From NCBI GenBank assembly GCA_024639185.1, contig JAHEIW010000005.1:12121-76120 (forward strand): 64,000 nt of DNA, written 5' to 3'. The translations under genes and the position numbers were made by a program. Shown here piece by piece: positions 1 through 9,012 of the stretch. The notes below the pieces were generated by a model, which did no database searches, was not told the origin of the DNA, and worked only from the letters and a program-made list of their open reading frames with translations. How positions within the stretch are numbered: position 1 is the stretch's first letter; the number at the start of each line of letters is the position of its first letter. Source of the DNA: Deltaproteobacteria bacterium (GTDB taxonomy: Bacteria; Desulfobacterota; Desulfobacteria; Desulfobacterales; JAHEIW01).

Positions 1-1
1 A

Positions 2-79
2 AACGCCCTGAAAAAGATGATTGCGTCCGGCCGAAAAGAGGACGGACCCAACATTCACGTGAGCAACCGGGTCATTTAA
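2..79 (+). CDS. C-terminal fragment of an upstream CDS cut by the window edge (product unknown)
   Basis: Frame is open from position 2 (..NALKKMIASGRKEDGPNIHVSNRVI) and ends at TAA 77-79, just before the next gene. Too short to assign. Confidence 0.2.
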   Translation, partial: NALKKMIASGRKEDGPNIHVSNRVI

Positions 80-89
80 GGAATCACAG

Positions 90-815
90 ATGAAAATTGC
101 CATCATTTCCGATATTCATGGCAATATGGAAGCATTTGAGCAGGTTTCAGCCGATATCGAAAAGAGCCGGGTTGATGCGGTAATCAGTCTGGGGGATCAC
201 ATCGGTTACGGTCCGGAACCGGAGCGAGTTGTCACGCGTATCCACCAGGATAAAATCACGGCCGTGCAAGGCAATCATGAGCTGGCCCTGATTGAGCCCG
301 ACTACCTGGCCTGGTTTAACCGCGCTGCGCGCAAATCTTTAAATATCACCCGGAAATTATTGACCTCCAGGTCCATTGATTTCATCAAAACGCTCAAGCG
401 TTTTTATACCGCATATGGATGTCGGTTTGTACATGGCTTTCCGCCGGATTCCGTGTTGACCTACCTGTTCCAGTTGCCCGATGAAGCAAAGATATTGGCG
501 CTGAAAAAGCTAACCGAAAAGCGTTGCTTTATCGGTCATACCCATACTCTGGACTTCCTCAGTATTGGCCGTCAGGGTTTTAATTGCGGTCAGCTCAAAG
601 AAGGCCTCAACAAACTCGACAACCGCCGCAAGTATATCATCAGTGCCGGCAGCGTCGGTCAGCCCCGGGATGTAAACAATAAAGCCAAGTATCTGATCTG
701 GGATGCTTCGGAAGATACCGTTGAGCTCAGGCAAGTTGCCTATGACATTGCCGCTGTAGTTGAAAAAATGATGGCAGCCGGTCTGCCGCAGGAACATGCC
801 CGACGGCTCTGGTGA
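90..815 (+). CDS. metallophosphoesterase (calcineurin-like phosphoesterase family)
   Basis: 241-aa ORF. Metal-ligand motifs: IISDIHGN, GDHIGYGP, GNHE, GHTH. AAGGA lies 7 nt upstream of the ATG. Confidence 0.85.
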   Translation: MKIAIISDIHGNMEAFEQVSADIEKSRVDAVISLGDHIGYGPEPERVVTRIHQDKITAVQGNHELALIEPDYLAWFNRAARKSLNITRKLLTSRSIDFIKTLKRFYTAYGCRFVHGFPPDSVLTYLFQLPDEAKILALKKLTEKRCFIGHTHTLDFLSIGRQGFNCGQLKEGLNKLDNRRKYIISAGSVGQPRDVNNKAKYLIWDASEDTVELRQVAYDIAAVVEKMMAAGLPQEHARRLW

Positions 816-966
816 GGTTGGTTATTCAAGGAAGTTAAAATTATAGAAGCAGCCAGTGACATCACAAATATCGAGTAGATAACAGGCTGGACTGATGGCG
901 TATTTGAGTACCGGAGTAATGGAGTGTTGGATGGATCATGAGTATAAGGAAGATCGATTTTGGCAT

Positions 967-1512
967 CTACCTGACAGTTGCCTCTCCCAGTTCAATCCCG
1001 ATATCCAGCGCTTTGCGGTTCATATCCAGAAAATCAGCCGGAATGCGATTTTCCAGCGCTTTCATAATCGATTCGGGACTGACCACTTCTACGATGGCCG
1101 AAACGGCGCCGAGCATGCAAATATTGAAAACAATAGGCTTGCCGATTTTTTCTAAGACGGTTTCATACAATGCAATCTCTTTTTGCTGGGCATCAACTTT
1201 TTTTTCAGTTTGCACATAGCGGCTGTCGCTGATCAGCAAGCCTCCCGGCCGGATAATCGAATAAAATTTATTGTAGGCTGCCTGGGTCAGGCAAACGAGC
1301 ACATTGGGTTGAATCACTTTTGGATAATGGATAGTCGTGTCGGATATGATGATATCAGAACGCGTTGCCCCCCCGCGCGCTTCCGCCCCATAAGATTGGG
1401 ATTGGATGGCATTTAGACCATCATACAGCACGGCAGCTTCGGCCAAAATAATGGCTGCAGTGATGACCCCCTGCCCACCCGAACCTGAAAATACCATTCT
1501 GCATCTTTCCAT
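967..1512 (-). CDS. 2-oxoacid:ferredoxin oxidoreductase, gamma subunit (OFOR set 1)
   Basis: 181 aa. FSGSGGQGVITAAIILAEAA is typical of POR/KOR gamma subunits. Last gene of a delta-alpha-beta-gamma operon. Confidence 0.85.
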   Translation of the reverse strand: MERCRMVFSGSGGQGVITAAIILAEAAVLYDGLNAIQSQSYGAEARGGATRSDIIISDTTIHYPKVIQPNVLVCLTQAAYNKFYSIIRPGGLLISDSRYVQTEKKVDAQQKEIALYETVLEKIGKPIVFNICMLGAVSAIVEVVSPESIMKALENRIPADFLDMNRKALDIGIELGEATVR

Positions 1513-1514
1513 TT

Positions 1515-2318
1515 TTAGCGACCTTTCATGGCTTTTTGCACCAGCTGTTCATATTGGTTGCAATACTCCGGCTTCTCATTCTGGACAAAAATCCCGCGCT
1601 CGATCAGATTCGGATTTTCTTTTTTGGCTTTTGAGCCAATCGGTGTCGTGTTTTCCTTATAATAAGCAATCATGTCAACGGCATCGCCGGCTTTGTTTTT
1701 GCGACCGAAATACGTGGGGCACTGTGAGAAAATTTCCACGACTGAAAAGCCCTCATGTAAAATGGCCTGTTGAATAATGTCAGCCATCTGCTTAATGTGA
1801 AAGGTTGTGGTCCGGGCCACAAAGGTGGCACCGGCTGCTTTTGACAGTTCCACGACGTCAAAACCAGGATCAATGGTCAAATAGGGCGCCGTTGTTGCCC
1901 TGACATCTTCACCTGATAACGGCGAAAACTGCCCGCCGGTCATACCGTAGATGCGGTTGTTCATGACAATAGCGGTAATATCGATATTGCGGCGCGCCGC
2001 ATGGATAAAATGGTTTCCGCCGATGGCCAGCGCATCGCCGTCACCCATGGGCACAATCAAATTGAGTTCCGGGCGAGCCATTTTGACACCCGTTGCAAAA
2101 GCCAGCGCACGGCCATGAATCGTATGCAGGGTATGAAAATCCACATAGCCGGTAATGCGCGATGAACAGCCAATACCCGAGACCATGACGATCTCGTTTC
2201 GGCTGAGCCCCATTTTTTCAATGGCTTGTAACAAGCCGTTTAGGACTGTGCCATGACCGCACCCCGGACACCAGAGATGAGGAAAAAATCGTTCTCGCAA
2301 ATATGCTTTTAGTGCCAT
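1515..2318 (-). CDS. 2-oxoacid:ferredoxin oxidoreductase, beta (TPP-binding) subunit (OFOR set 1)
   Basis: 267 aa. WCPGCGHG cluster motif and GDGD..IGGNHFIHAARRN TPP motif. Only 2-5 nt gaps to the flanking subunit genes. Confidence 0.9.
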   Translation of the reverse strand: MALKAYLRERFFPHLWCPGCGHGTVLNGLLQAIEKMGLSRNEIVMVSGIGCSSRITGYVDFHTLHTIHGRALAFATGVKMARPELNLIVPMGDGDALAIGGNHFIHAARRNIDITAIVMNNRIYGMTGGQFSPLSGEDVRATTAPYLTIDPGFDVVELSKAAGATFVARTTTFHIKQMADIIQQAILHEGFSVVEIFSQCPTYFGRKNKAGDAVDMIAYYKENTTPIGSKAKKENPNLIERGIFVQNEKPEYCNQYEQLVQKAMKGR

Positions 2319-2323
2319 CGCTT

Positions 2324-3472
2324 TTAAACCCCCTTACCCTGGATCAACCGCAAAATTTTTAAAATATCAGCTGGCATGATAAAAACGCCGTCAATGCGAT
2401 TGGCCAAAAACACCTTATCGGGCTTATCCACTGCAAGCTTTACCGATTGAAGAACCTGTCCCATGTTCTGCTCAACAACGATAACCGATTGAGCTGCAGC
2501 GCATTTTTCACGAACTATTTCATCTGGAAACGGCCAGAGTGTCTGCAATTCCAACAGGCCCAGGCGTTCACCGCGCGATCTTCTTTTTTCTACGATATGG
2601 CGGGCCGAGCGGGCCGACGAACCGTAAGATACCAGCAGGTGCTTGGCATCCTCAATATAATATTCCTTGTAGCGCGCCAGTTGATTGACGCGGTTCTCAA
2701 TTTTGTCGACCAGATGACGCAGCAGACCATGCACCGCCCGGGGTTCGCTGGACGGAAACCCCCACATATCATGAAAAAGCCCGGTCACGTTGTAGCGATG
2801 AACCTCACCGAAATCAGACATCGGCAAGCGGCCATCTTCGCGTGGCAGATAGGGATGGTAATCAACGCCTTCTTTGACGGAAGTTTTCAGCCGCTCGACA
2901 AGGGGCATTTCACCGGGTTGCGGAACCACGAGACGCTCCCGCATATGGGCAACAACCTCATCGAGCAGCAAAATTACCGGTGTCCGGTATATTTCAGCCA
3001 AATTAAAAGCCTCGACCGTCAGCGCAAAGATGTCCTGATGATTTGAGGCCGTAAGTGCGATGATGGCATGGTCGCCGTGGGTCCCCCAGCGGGCTTGATT
3101 CACATCACCCTGGCTGCCGTGGGTAGGCAGTCCGGTAGACGGCCCGCCACGCTGCACGTTGACGATCACACATGGAATTTCAGCCATGATGGCATATCCT
3201 AAAGCTTCCTGCATCAGAGAAAAACCGGGTCCGCTGGTGGCGGTCATCACTTTACAACCGGTCAGAGAAGCGCCGATGATGGCACACAGCGACGAAATTT
3301 CATCTTCCATCTGCATAAACTTTGCGCCAATTTGCGGCAGTCGTGAAGCCAAAAATTCAGTAATTTCCGATGACGGTGTAATCGGATAGCCGGCATAAAA
3401 ATTTAATCCTGCGTACAGAGCAGCTTCGGCACAGGCTTCATTGCCTTGGACAAATTTTATGTTTTCGCTCAT
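2324..3472 (-). CDS. 2-oxoacid:ferredoxin oxidoreductase, alpha subunit (OFOR set 1)
   Basis: 382 aa. GNEACAEAALYAGLNFYAGYPITPSSEI and VQRGGPSTGLPT motifs. Confidence 0.9.
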   Translation of the reverse strand: MSENIKFVQGNEACAEAALYAGLNFYAGYPITPSSEITEFLASRLPQIGAKFMQMEDEISSLCAIIGASLTGCKVMTATSGPGFSLMQEALGYAIMAEIPCVIVNVQRGGPSTGLPTHGSQGDVNQARWGTHGDHAIIALTASNHQDIFALTVEAFNLAEIYRTPVILLLDEVVAHMRERLVVPQPGEMPLVERLKTSVKEGVDYHPYLPREDGRLPMSDFGEVHRYNVTGLFHDMWGFPSSEPRAVHGLLRHLVDKIENRVNQLARYKEYYIEDAKHLLVSYGSSARSARHIVEKRRSRGERLGLLELQTLWPFPDEIVREKCAAAQSVIVVEQNMGQVLQSVKLAVDKPDKVFLANRIDGVFIMPADILKILRLIQGKGV

Positions 3473-3481
3473 ATCATACGC

Positions 3482-3688
3482 CTATTCTTTAGTTTCAACC
3501 TCGATCGCCAGATCCGGGCAGCGAAGCTCACAAAGTTTACAGCAGATACAGTCCTGAGGTCGCAACGCCGAGACCTTTTCGTGATCGTCCAATTCCAGAA
3601 CCTTTTTTGGGCAAAGCGCAACACAAATACCACATCCCTTGCACCAATCATTGTTGATATGATGTTTTTCCAATTTTGGTTTGGCCAT
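3482..3688 (-). CDS. 2-oxoacid:ferredoxin oxidoreductase, delta subunit (2x[4Fe-4S] ferredoxin)
   Basis: 68 aa with CKGCGICVALCP and CICCKLCELRCP motifs. First gene of OFOR operon 1. Confidence 0.85.
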   Translation of the reverse strand: MAKPKLEKHHINNDWCKGCGICVALCPKKVLELDDHEKVSALRPQDCICCKLCELRCPDLAIEVETKE

Positions 3689-3841
3689 TTAAATCCGCTC
3701 ACTGTTTATTAGAGGTGTTTTAAGAAACGTGTAAAGTGGCTCAATATTGATTATACGGATGAATGTCAAGGAAAACAAGATTTCACAGATGCATTGTTGC
3801 GGTCTGCTATGGTATCGACCAGGTTTGCTTCGCATATAAAT

Positions 3842-3937
3842 TGGTATTTTGGAATGATGGAATACGGGAATATGGGGCCTCAAAGTTGCATCGCTTTAAC
3901 CGCTATTCCAGCATTCCATTATTCCACCATTCCACTC
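3842..3937. repeat. periodic-arm palindrome (octamer word GGAAT / ATTCC)
   Basis: Left arm: TGGTATTT TGGAATGA TGGAATAC GGGAATAT (3842-3873). Right arm: CTATTCCA GCATTCCA TTATTCCA CCATTCCA (3903-3934). Lies between the hdrA stop and the OFOR-1 promoter region. Confidence 0.75.
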
Positions 3938-4003
3938 ATACAATGTAGAGCCAGCACCGTTAAAAGCTACATGCTTTCAATATGGTTTAGCAATTCCAAG
4001 AGG

Positions 4004-6565
4004 CTAATGACTTGGTCGCAACCAGTGGACGCTGTTGGATCGGCAGTTGGGACAGATACGCTCCCACTCTACATTGAATCGACCGTCCCATAATTGATCG
4101 CACCGGTGGCAATGGAATTGAGCTGCGCTGTTTTCGTCAGCCGGTTTGGGATTCCGGGGCCGGGGTACCCGAACCTTTGACAACTCAGCGCGGGTCAGCT
4201 CTATTTCTTCGGATGTCACCGATTGGCGCTTCTTCTCAGCTTCCTGCATAATCGTCTGCCAGCGGCCACCTTCAGCAGCCGAACACCATTCCAACATCAG
4301 CCGCTCCGGTCGGATACCCATTTTTATCAATTTGTCCCATAAGCCGTCAATACGGCGAACCGTACTTCGATTGGCATCAATGTAATGACAGTCGACATAG
4401 TGACAGCCTGAAACCAGCACAACGGGCGCACCCTTTTGAAATGCATACCACACGAATTCGGGATGCACCCGCCCCGAGCACATGGTCCGTATAATAAAGG
4501 CATGGGGCGGGTAAGCCATACGACTTAAACCGGCTGTGTCAGCACCGGCGTAGGAACACCAGTTACAGGCAAAGGTTACGATTTTTTCCTGACAATTTTC
4601 TTCCAGAATAGCCTCAATTTGGGCATAGATCGCCTGGTCTGAAAAATGCCGCATTTCAATGGCCCCGAATTTACATTCGGCCGCACAGGTCCCACATCCG
4701 GCACAGGCCGCACTGATGATCTGGGGGATCTGCTTCTTTTCCCAGGCTATGGCACCATAAGGACAGACATTGGCGCATTGACCACAGCGGGTGCACGGTT
4801 CTTCATAAACAACCGCTGTGATCGCTTCAACGGCGAAATGGTTTTTTTGCAACAAAATAGAGGCCCGCGAACTGGCGGCGCTGGCCTGGGTGACACTTTC
4901 GCGAACATCTTTGGGGCTTTCAGCTGCGCCGGCAATGTAGACCCCCTTGGTGGGTGTATCCACAGGCCTCAGCTTTGCATGCGCTTCTTTTAGAAATCCA
5001 CCGGGAGATTTGGACAGACTGACCATCTGACGCACAAATTCGGTATCAACGGCCGGCACAGCCCCAACCGCCAACACCAACATATCAAATTCACATTTTT
5101 CAAGACGCTTTTCGGTTGTATTTTCAACCGTCACCCATAAGTTTTTGCTGTGCGGGTCTTCCCGGACCTCACCGGGCAAGCCGCGCAAATATCGGACCCC
5201 ATGGCCGCGGGTCCGCATCAAAAGCTCCTCAAACCCTTTTCCAAAAGCGCGAATATCGGTATAAAAAATCGTAACGTCTGTATCCGGGTAGTTATCAATC
5301 AGGTATTGGGCGCCTTTAATGCTGTTCATACAGCAAATATTGGAGCAATAAGGGTTACCGCGGTCAGGGTCTTGGGTTCGAGAGCCCACACACTGAACGT
5401 AGCCGATACGCAAGGGTCGCTTCTTGTCGCTAGGCCGTCCTAAATGTCCGCCCAATGCGCCTCCGGTGGAAATCAGCCGTTCAAATTCAAGGCTGGTGAC
5501 AACATTGACAAAGCGCGTGTACCCGTATTCATCCAGGGCGGTCGGATCATATATGTCCATACCGGTGGCAACAATGATAGCGCCAATATCAATATCGATA
5601 AGCGCGTCTTCCTGGTCAAAGTTAATGCATTTTTTTTCACAGGATTCAATGCACTTTCCGCAGGCAATCGGGTTGCGACCCAAACAATCTTCGGCTGAAA
5701 CCACATAAGCTGAGGGAACGGCTTGCGGAAATGGGATGTAGATCGCTCGACGGCTGCTCAGTCCCATTTGGAATTCATCGGGGACGACCACCGGACAGAC
5801 GGCCACACAATCACCGCAAGTCGTGCATTGATCTTCATCAACATACCGGGGTTTTTTTCGAATCCGCGCTTTAAAATTACCCACGTATCCGGTGACATCT
5901 TCTAAAACAGCATTGGTCATGAGCTCAATTCGGGGATGCCGACCGACATCCATCATCTTGGGCCCAAGAATTCAGATGCTGCACTCAATGTCCGGATAGA
6001 CTTTGTCGAGCTGGGCCATAATACCGCCAATGGACGGCTTTTTTTCAACCAGATAAACCGGGTGTCCTGCATCTGCCAGATCCAGGGCCGCCTGCATGCC
6101 GGCCACTCCCCCGCCAATCACCAGGGCCGCATCCGTTACCGGAATGTGCTCCTCATCTTGGGGATAGAGCCATTTGGCACGGGCAACGGCAACCCGCACG
6201 ATATCCAATGCTTTAGGAGTGGCAGCTTCACGATCAGGCGTCACCCAGGAACAATGCTCACGAATATTCGCCATTTCCAGCAAATAGGGATTCAACCCGG
6301 CTGCTTGGATGCATTGCCGAAAAATGGGTTCGTATGAAGCCGGTGAACAAGACGCAACCACCACGCGGTTGAGTTTGTGATCGAAAATGGTTTGTTGAAT
6401 TTCTTGCTGGCCCGGATCGGAACACGTGTATTTGTTGCGGACCGCCACGACCACATCCGGTAACCTCTCGGCGAACCGTTGAACCTCGTCGACATCGACA
6501 ACTCCGGCAATATTGGAGCCACAATCACATACAAAAACGCCTATCCGCAATTCTTCTTTGGTCAA
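4004..6565 (-). CDS. hdrA: HdrA-like flavoprotein fused to an MvhD domain; selenoprotein with one in-frame UGA (about 853 aa)
   Basis: Track ORFs 5972..6565 and 4004..5956 are in the same frame, separated only by TGA 5972-5974. Read through, the junction is LDKVYPDIECSI-U-ILGPKMMDVGRHP, which matches the conserved HdrA DCSMCIL.PK motif with Sec at a Cys position. The C-terminal part has the MvhD motif FACNWCSYAGAD...GCH..DCHY. TTG start at 6565 is preceded by AAGGAGG with a 6-nt spacer. Confidence 0.8.
5934..5951 (-). promoter_or_regulatory. candidate bacterial SECIS apical hairpin
   Basis: The mRNA GGAUGUC-GGUC-GGCAUCC forms a 7-bp stem (one G-U pair) with a GGUC tetraloop. This is the same loop as the E. 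coli fdhF SECIS. The loop lies at +31..+34 from the U of UGA. Confidence 0.55.
5972..5974 (-). other. in-frame UGA read as selenocysteine
   Basis: TGA interrupts an otherwise continuous HdrA frame at a position that is Cys in the HdrA motif CS.C-IL. A SECIS-like hairpin follows. Confidence 0.7.
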
Positions 6566-6681
6566 ATTTGGCCTCCTTTGCGCAATCAGAACGTTTTTCG
6601 TTTTAGATTAAATTCCGGCCTGTGATCATTTTGAGCCGATTCGGAAACCAGGCATCTCTCAATAAAGGCCAAACGGTCGGC

Positions 6682-7149
6682 TCAACATTTTTTCCGCTGC
6701 CATGTCTGATATTGTTGCCCGCGTGCAATTTCTTTATCCTTAAAGAACTGCCGGTCCCGAGCTGCTTGCTCTATCGCCTCCTGAAAGGCTTTTTTAAACT
6801 CCTCGGAATCAAACTGGGCCTTGCTAAAAAAATCAAAAGCCTGGTACTGTTTAAAAGCTTTGCGTTGCGTTTCCATGGTACCGTAGCCGGTGACCATGAT
6901 CACACGGGTAAACGAAAGTCGTTTGCGGATTTCGGCCAGCAAATGAACGCCGTCCTCATTGCTGTCATCCCCGTCAACCAATCGAATATCCAAAACAGCG
7001 AGATCCAGATCTTTGTTTTCATCCATATAGGCAAGGGCTTCTGCTTTCGTCGCTACAGCCTGGACCAAATGCCCTTGGCGTTCCAGCAGTCCGCTCAGCA
7101 GTCCTCGCCAATCGGCGTAGTCATCTACAATGAGGACTTTTCCTCGCAT
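6682..7149 (-). CDS. response regulator, receiver (REC) domain only, with a short C-terminal tail
   Basis: KVLIVDD...LDIRL..GDD..DG...VIMVTGY receiver motifs and no recognisable output domain. The ATG at 7149 is preferred because GGAGGAG lies 6 nt upstream; the track ORF starts at TTG 7164. Confidence 0.85.
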   Translation of the reverse strand: MRGKVLIVDDYADWRGLLSGLLERQGHLVQAVATKAEALAYMDENKDLDLAVLDIRLVDGDDSNEDGVHLLAEIRKRLSFTRVIMVTGYGTMETQRKAFKQYQAFDFFSKAQFDSEEFKKAFQEAIEQAARDRQFFKDKEIARGQQYQTWQRKKC

Positions 7150-7165
7150 TTTTAGCTCCTCCAAA

Positions 7166-7315
7166 GGTTCAGCGTTCAGAGGTTCAGGGTTCGGCGCTCA
7201 AGCTGCTGGCTTCTCGCTTCTTGCAGCTGGCCCGTAATGCACAGCTCACCGACAAGAGGCCAGTGATCAGCAGTTGGTAACCTCAGAACCTTTGAACCTT
7301 GAACCTATGAACCGG
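7166..7315. repeat. nested periodic-arm palindrome (outer word GGTTCAG / GAACCTN, inner word GCTGCTGGC)
   Basis: Left arm: GGTTCAG CGTTCAG AGGTTCAG GGTTCGG (7166-7194). Right arm: TAACCTCA GAACCTTT GAACCTT GAACCTAT GAACCGG (7278-7315). Inner GCTGCTGGC / GCCAG..CAGCAG arms. Fills the kinase-regulator gap and overlaps the kinase 3' end. Confidence 0.75.
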
Positions 7316-9012
7316 GTTACCGAGGCCGGTAACCTAATAATAAACGTTGCGCCGTTATCCGGCTGGCTGTGGCATTCGATGGTTCCACCCTGGCGCTCGA
7401 TAAACGTCTGCATCCACCACAATCCAAACCCGAGGCCGTCATCACTGGGTTGAAATAAATTCCATAAATGGTCCAAATGATGGGGTGACATCCCCTTGCC
7501 GGTATCACTGATGTTAATCCGGATCCAGGGGAGCCCATCAATTTTTTCCGATCGGCTGCTGATCTCGAGCCGTCTGAGCCTTCGACGCTGCATGGCTTTG
7601 CAAGCATTGGTAATGAGTTCAAGGAATATGTCCAGCAGAAGCAAATTGCAATTCACCAGGGGCAGATGTTTATCATAGTCACAAACGATCTCGACATCAT
7701 CCGGTATGTCGGCAGAGTCTAACGCTTCATTGAGTAGCCGGTTTACGTCAAATCGAGTCGAGGGACTGGATTCCTTAAACGGTCTGAATAAGGTTTCGCT
7801 GAGCTTAAGAATAAACTGTGCATTCCGATTGATGCGCTCCAGGTTAGACTGGACCCATCGACGATCTGCTTCAGAAAGGTTCATCTTGGCTACCATTTGC
7901 AGCACCTCACTGGCACTAACCGGCACAACCCCTAACAGGTTATTAATGCGATGCGCCAGGGCAGTCGCTGCCTGGCCCATCACGGCCCACTTTTCGGCAG
8001 CCAGACGCCGCTCTTGCTCCGCCTTGAGTTTTTGAAGCTGAGTGGCGTTTTGGATGGCAATGACCGCCTCCTGAGCCAATGCTTCCAGAAGTTCAACATC
8101 CTGTTCGTCAAAAGCGGCCGGACGAGAACTCTCTAAAAGCAAAACCCCGATGAACTCTCCTTTTTGGAGTTGTCCGTCTAAGCTGTACAATAAGGGCACC
8201 GAAATGCTCGAACGCATATCCTCAAAAAGAACGACATTTAAAGGGTCCTTGCGAACATCAGGGCTAAGATAGGGCCGTTGTTTTTCGGCCACCCAGCGAG
8301 CAATTCCCTGCCCAATGCGAGGCGTATACGCCATCTTTTCTTTTGTCCACCCTTTTCCGTAGTGCGCCTTGAGGGCAAGATGACCGGTCTCAGGTTCCAG
8401 ATGCCGCAGCGAGCCATGTTCGGCATCGACCAGTTCAGCGGCTTTTTCAAGGATCAGATTCAGGACGTGATCCAATTCAAGGCTCGAAGTCAGCGCCACA
8501 TCAATGGTATGCAAGGTGCGAAACTGAGCGGTCATGCGGGCCAGCCGCTCGTTTTGCTGGGCAACCGATGCTGTCAGGTCTGCCAGAGATTGGATGAGGG
8601 CGATATCTCGCTTGCTGAAGGTTCGTCCAGGCTTACGATCGAAAACAATCAGCAGCCCGCGAACGGCTTCCTGCCAAACCAGAGGCGCCGCCATCAAAAC
8701 AGATTGATCCGGAAGCGTTTTAACAAAAGCTTGACGAGAATCGATTATTTCTTTTAGAAGCACCTCATCCCAGGGCTCTTTGGGCAGATTCTGCGTGGCC
8801 AGCAAGATTTTGTGACCGCGTTCCGGATCGCACAGGTAAAAACCACTGCCTTCGGCACGGCATTGAAACGTCGCCTGTCGGACAACGCTTTGGAGCAGAT
8901 TCGGATCCAGTATATCCGTTGAGGCAATATTCGGGTGCATCATATTAAGGCCACTTTTCGCTTTGGTTAAAATATACCCGCCAGACAGATCTTGTTCAAC
9001 GCCAGCGTTCAA
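7267..9012 (-). CDS. cytoplasmic sensor histidine kinase with tandem GAF-like domains
   Basis: 581 aa. I saw no hydrophobic TM segment. GAF-like regions, H-box ALAHRINNLL, and an HATPase region (NA.KA, DTGKGM, GLGFGLW, GATFIIRLP). The start is uncertain: TTG 9012 overlaps the upstream stop, and ATG 8943 is the alternative. Confidence 0.85.
   Translation of the reverse strand: MNAGVEQDLSGGYILTKAKSGLNMMHPNIASTDILDPNLLQSVVRQATFQCRAEGSGFYLCDPERGHKILLATQNLPKEPWDEVLLKEIIDSRQAFVKTLPDQSVLMAAPLVWQEAVRGLLIVFDRKPGRTFSKRDIALIQSLADLTASVAQQNERLARMTAQFRTLHTIDVALTSSLELDHVLNLILEKAAELVDAEHGSLRHLEPETGHLALKAHYGKGWTKEKMAYTPRIGQGIARWVAEKQRPYLSPDVRKDPLNVVLFEDMRSSISVPLLYSLDGQLQKGEFIGVLLLESSRPAAFDEQDVELLEALAQEAVIAIQNATQLQKLKAEQERRLAAEKWAVMGQAATALAHRINNLLGVVPVSASEVLQMVAKMNLSEADRRWVQSNLERINRNAQFILKLSETLFRPFKESSPSTRFDVNRLLNEALDSADIPDDVEIVCDYDKHLPLVNCNLLLLDIFLELITNACKAMQRRRLRRLEISSRSEKIDGLPWIRINISDTGKGMSPHHLDHLWNLFQPSDDGLGFGLWWMQTFIERQGGTIECHSQPDNGATFIIRLPASVTRFIGSRFKGSEVTNC

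Noticed and set aside
4004-6565. Treating ORFs 5972..6565 (197 aa) and 4004..5956 (650 aa) as two separate genes, or as a pseudogene.
   Set aside because: They share a frame and are separated by a single TGA inside a conserved HdrA motif. A SECIS-like hairpin follows. Sec read-through is the better explanation.
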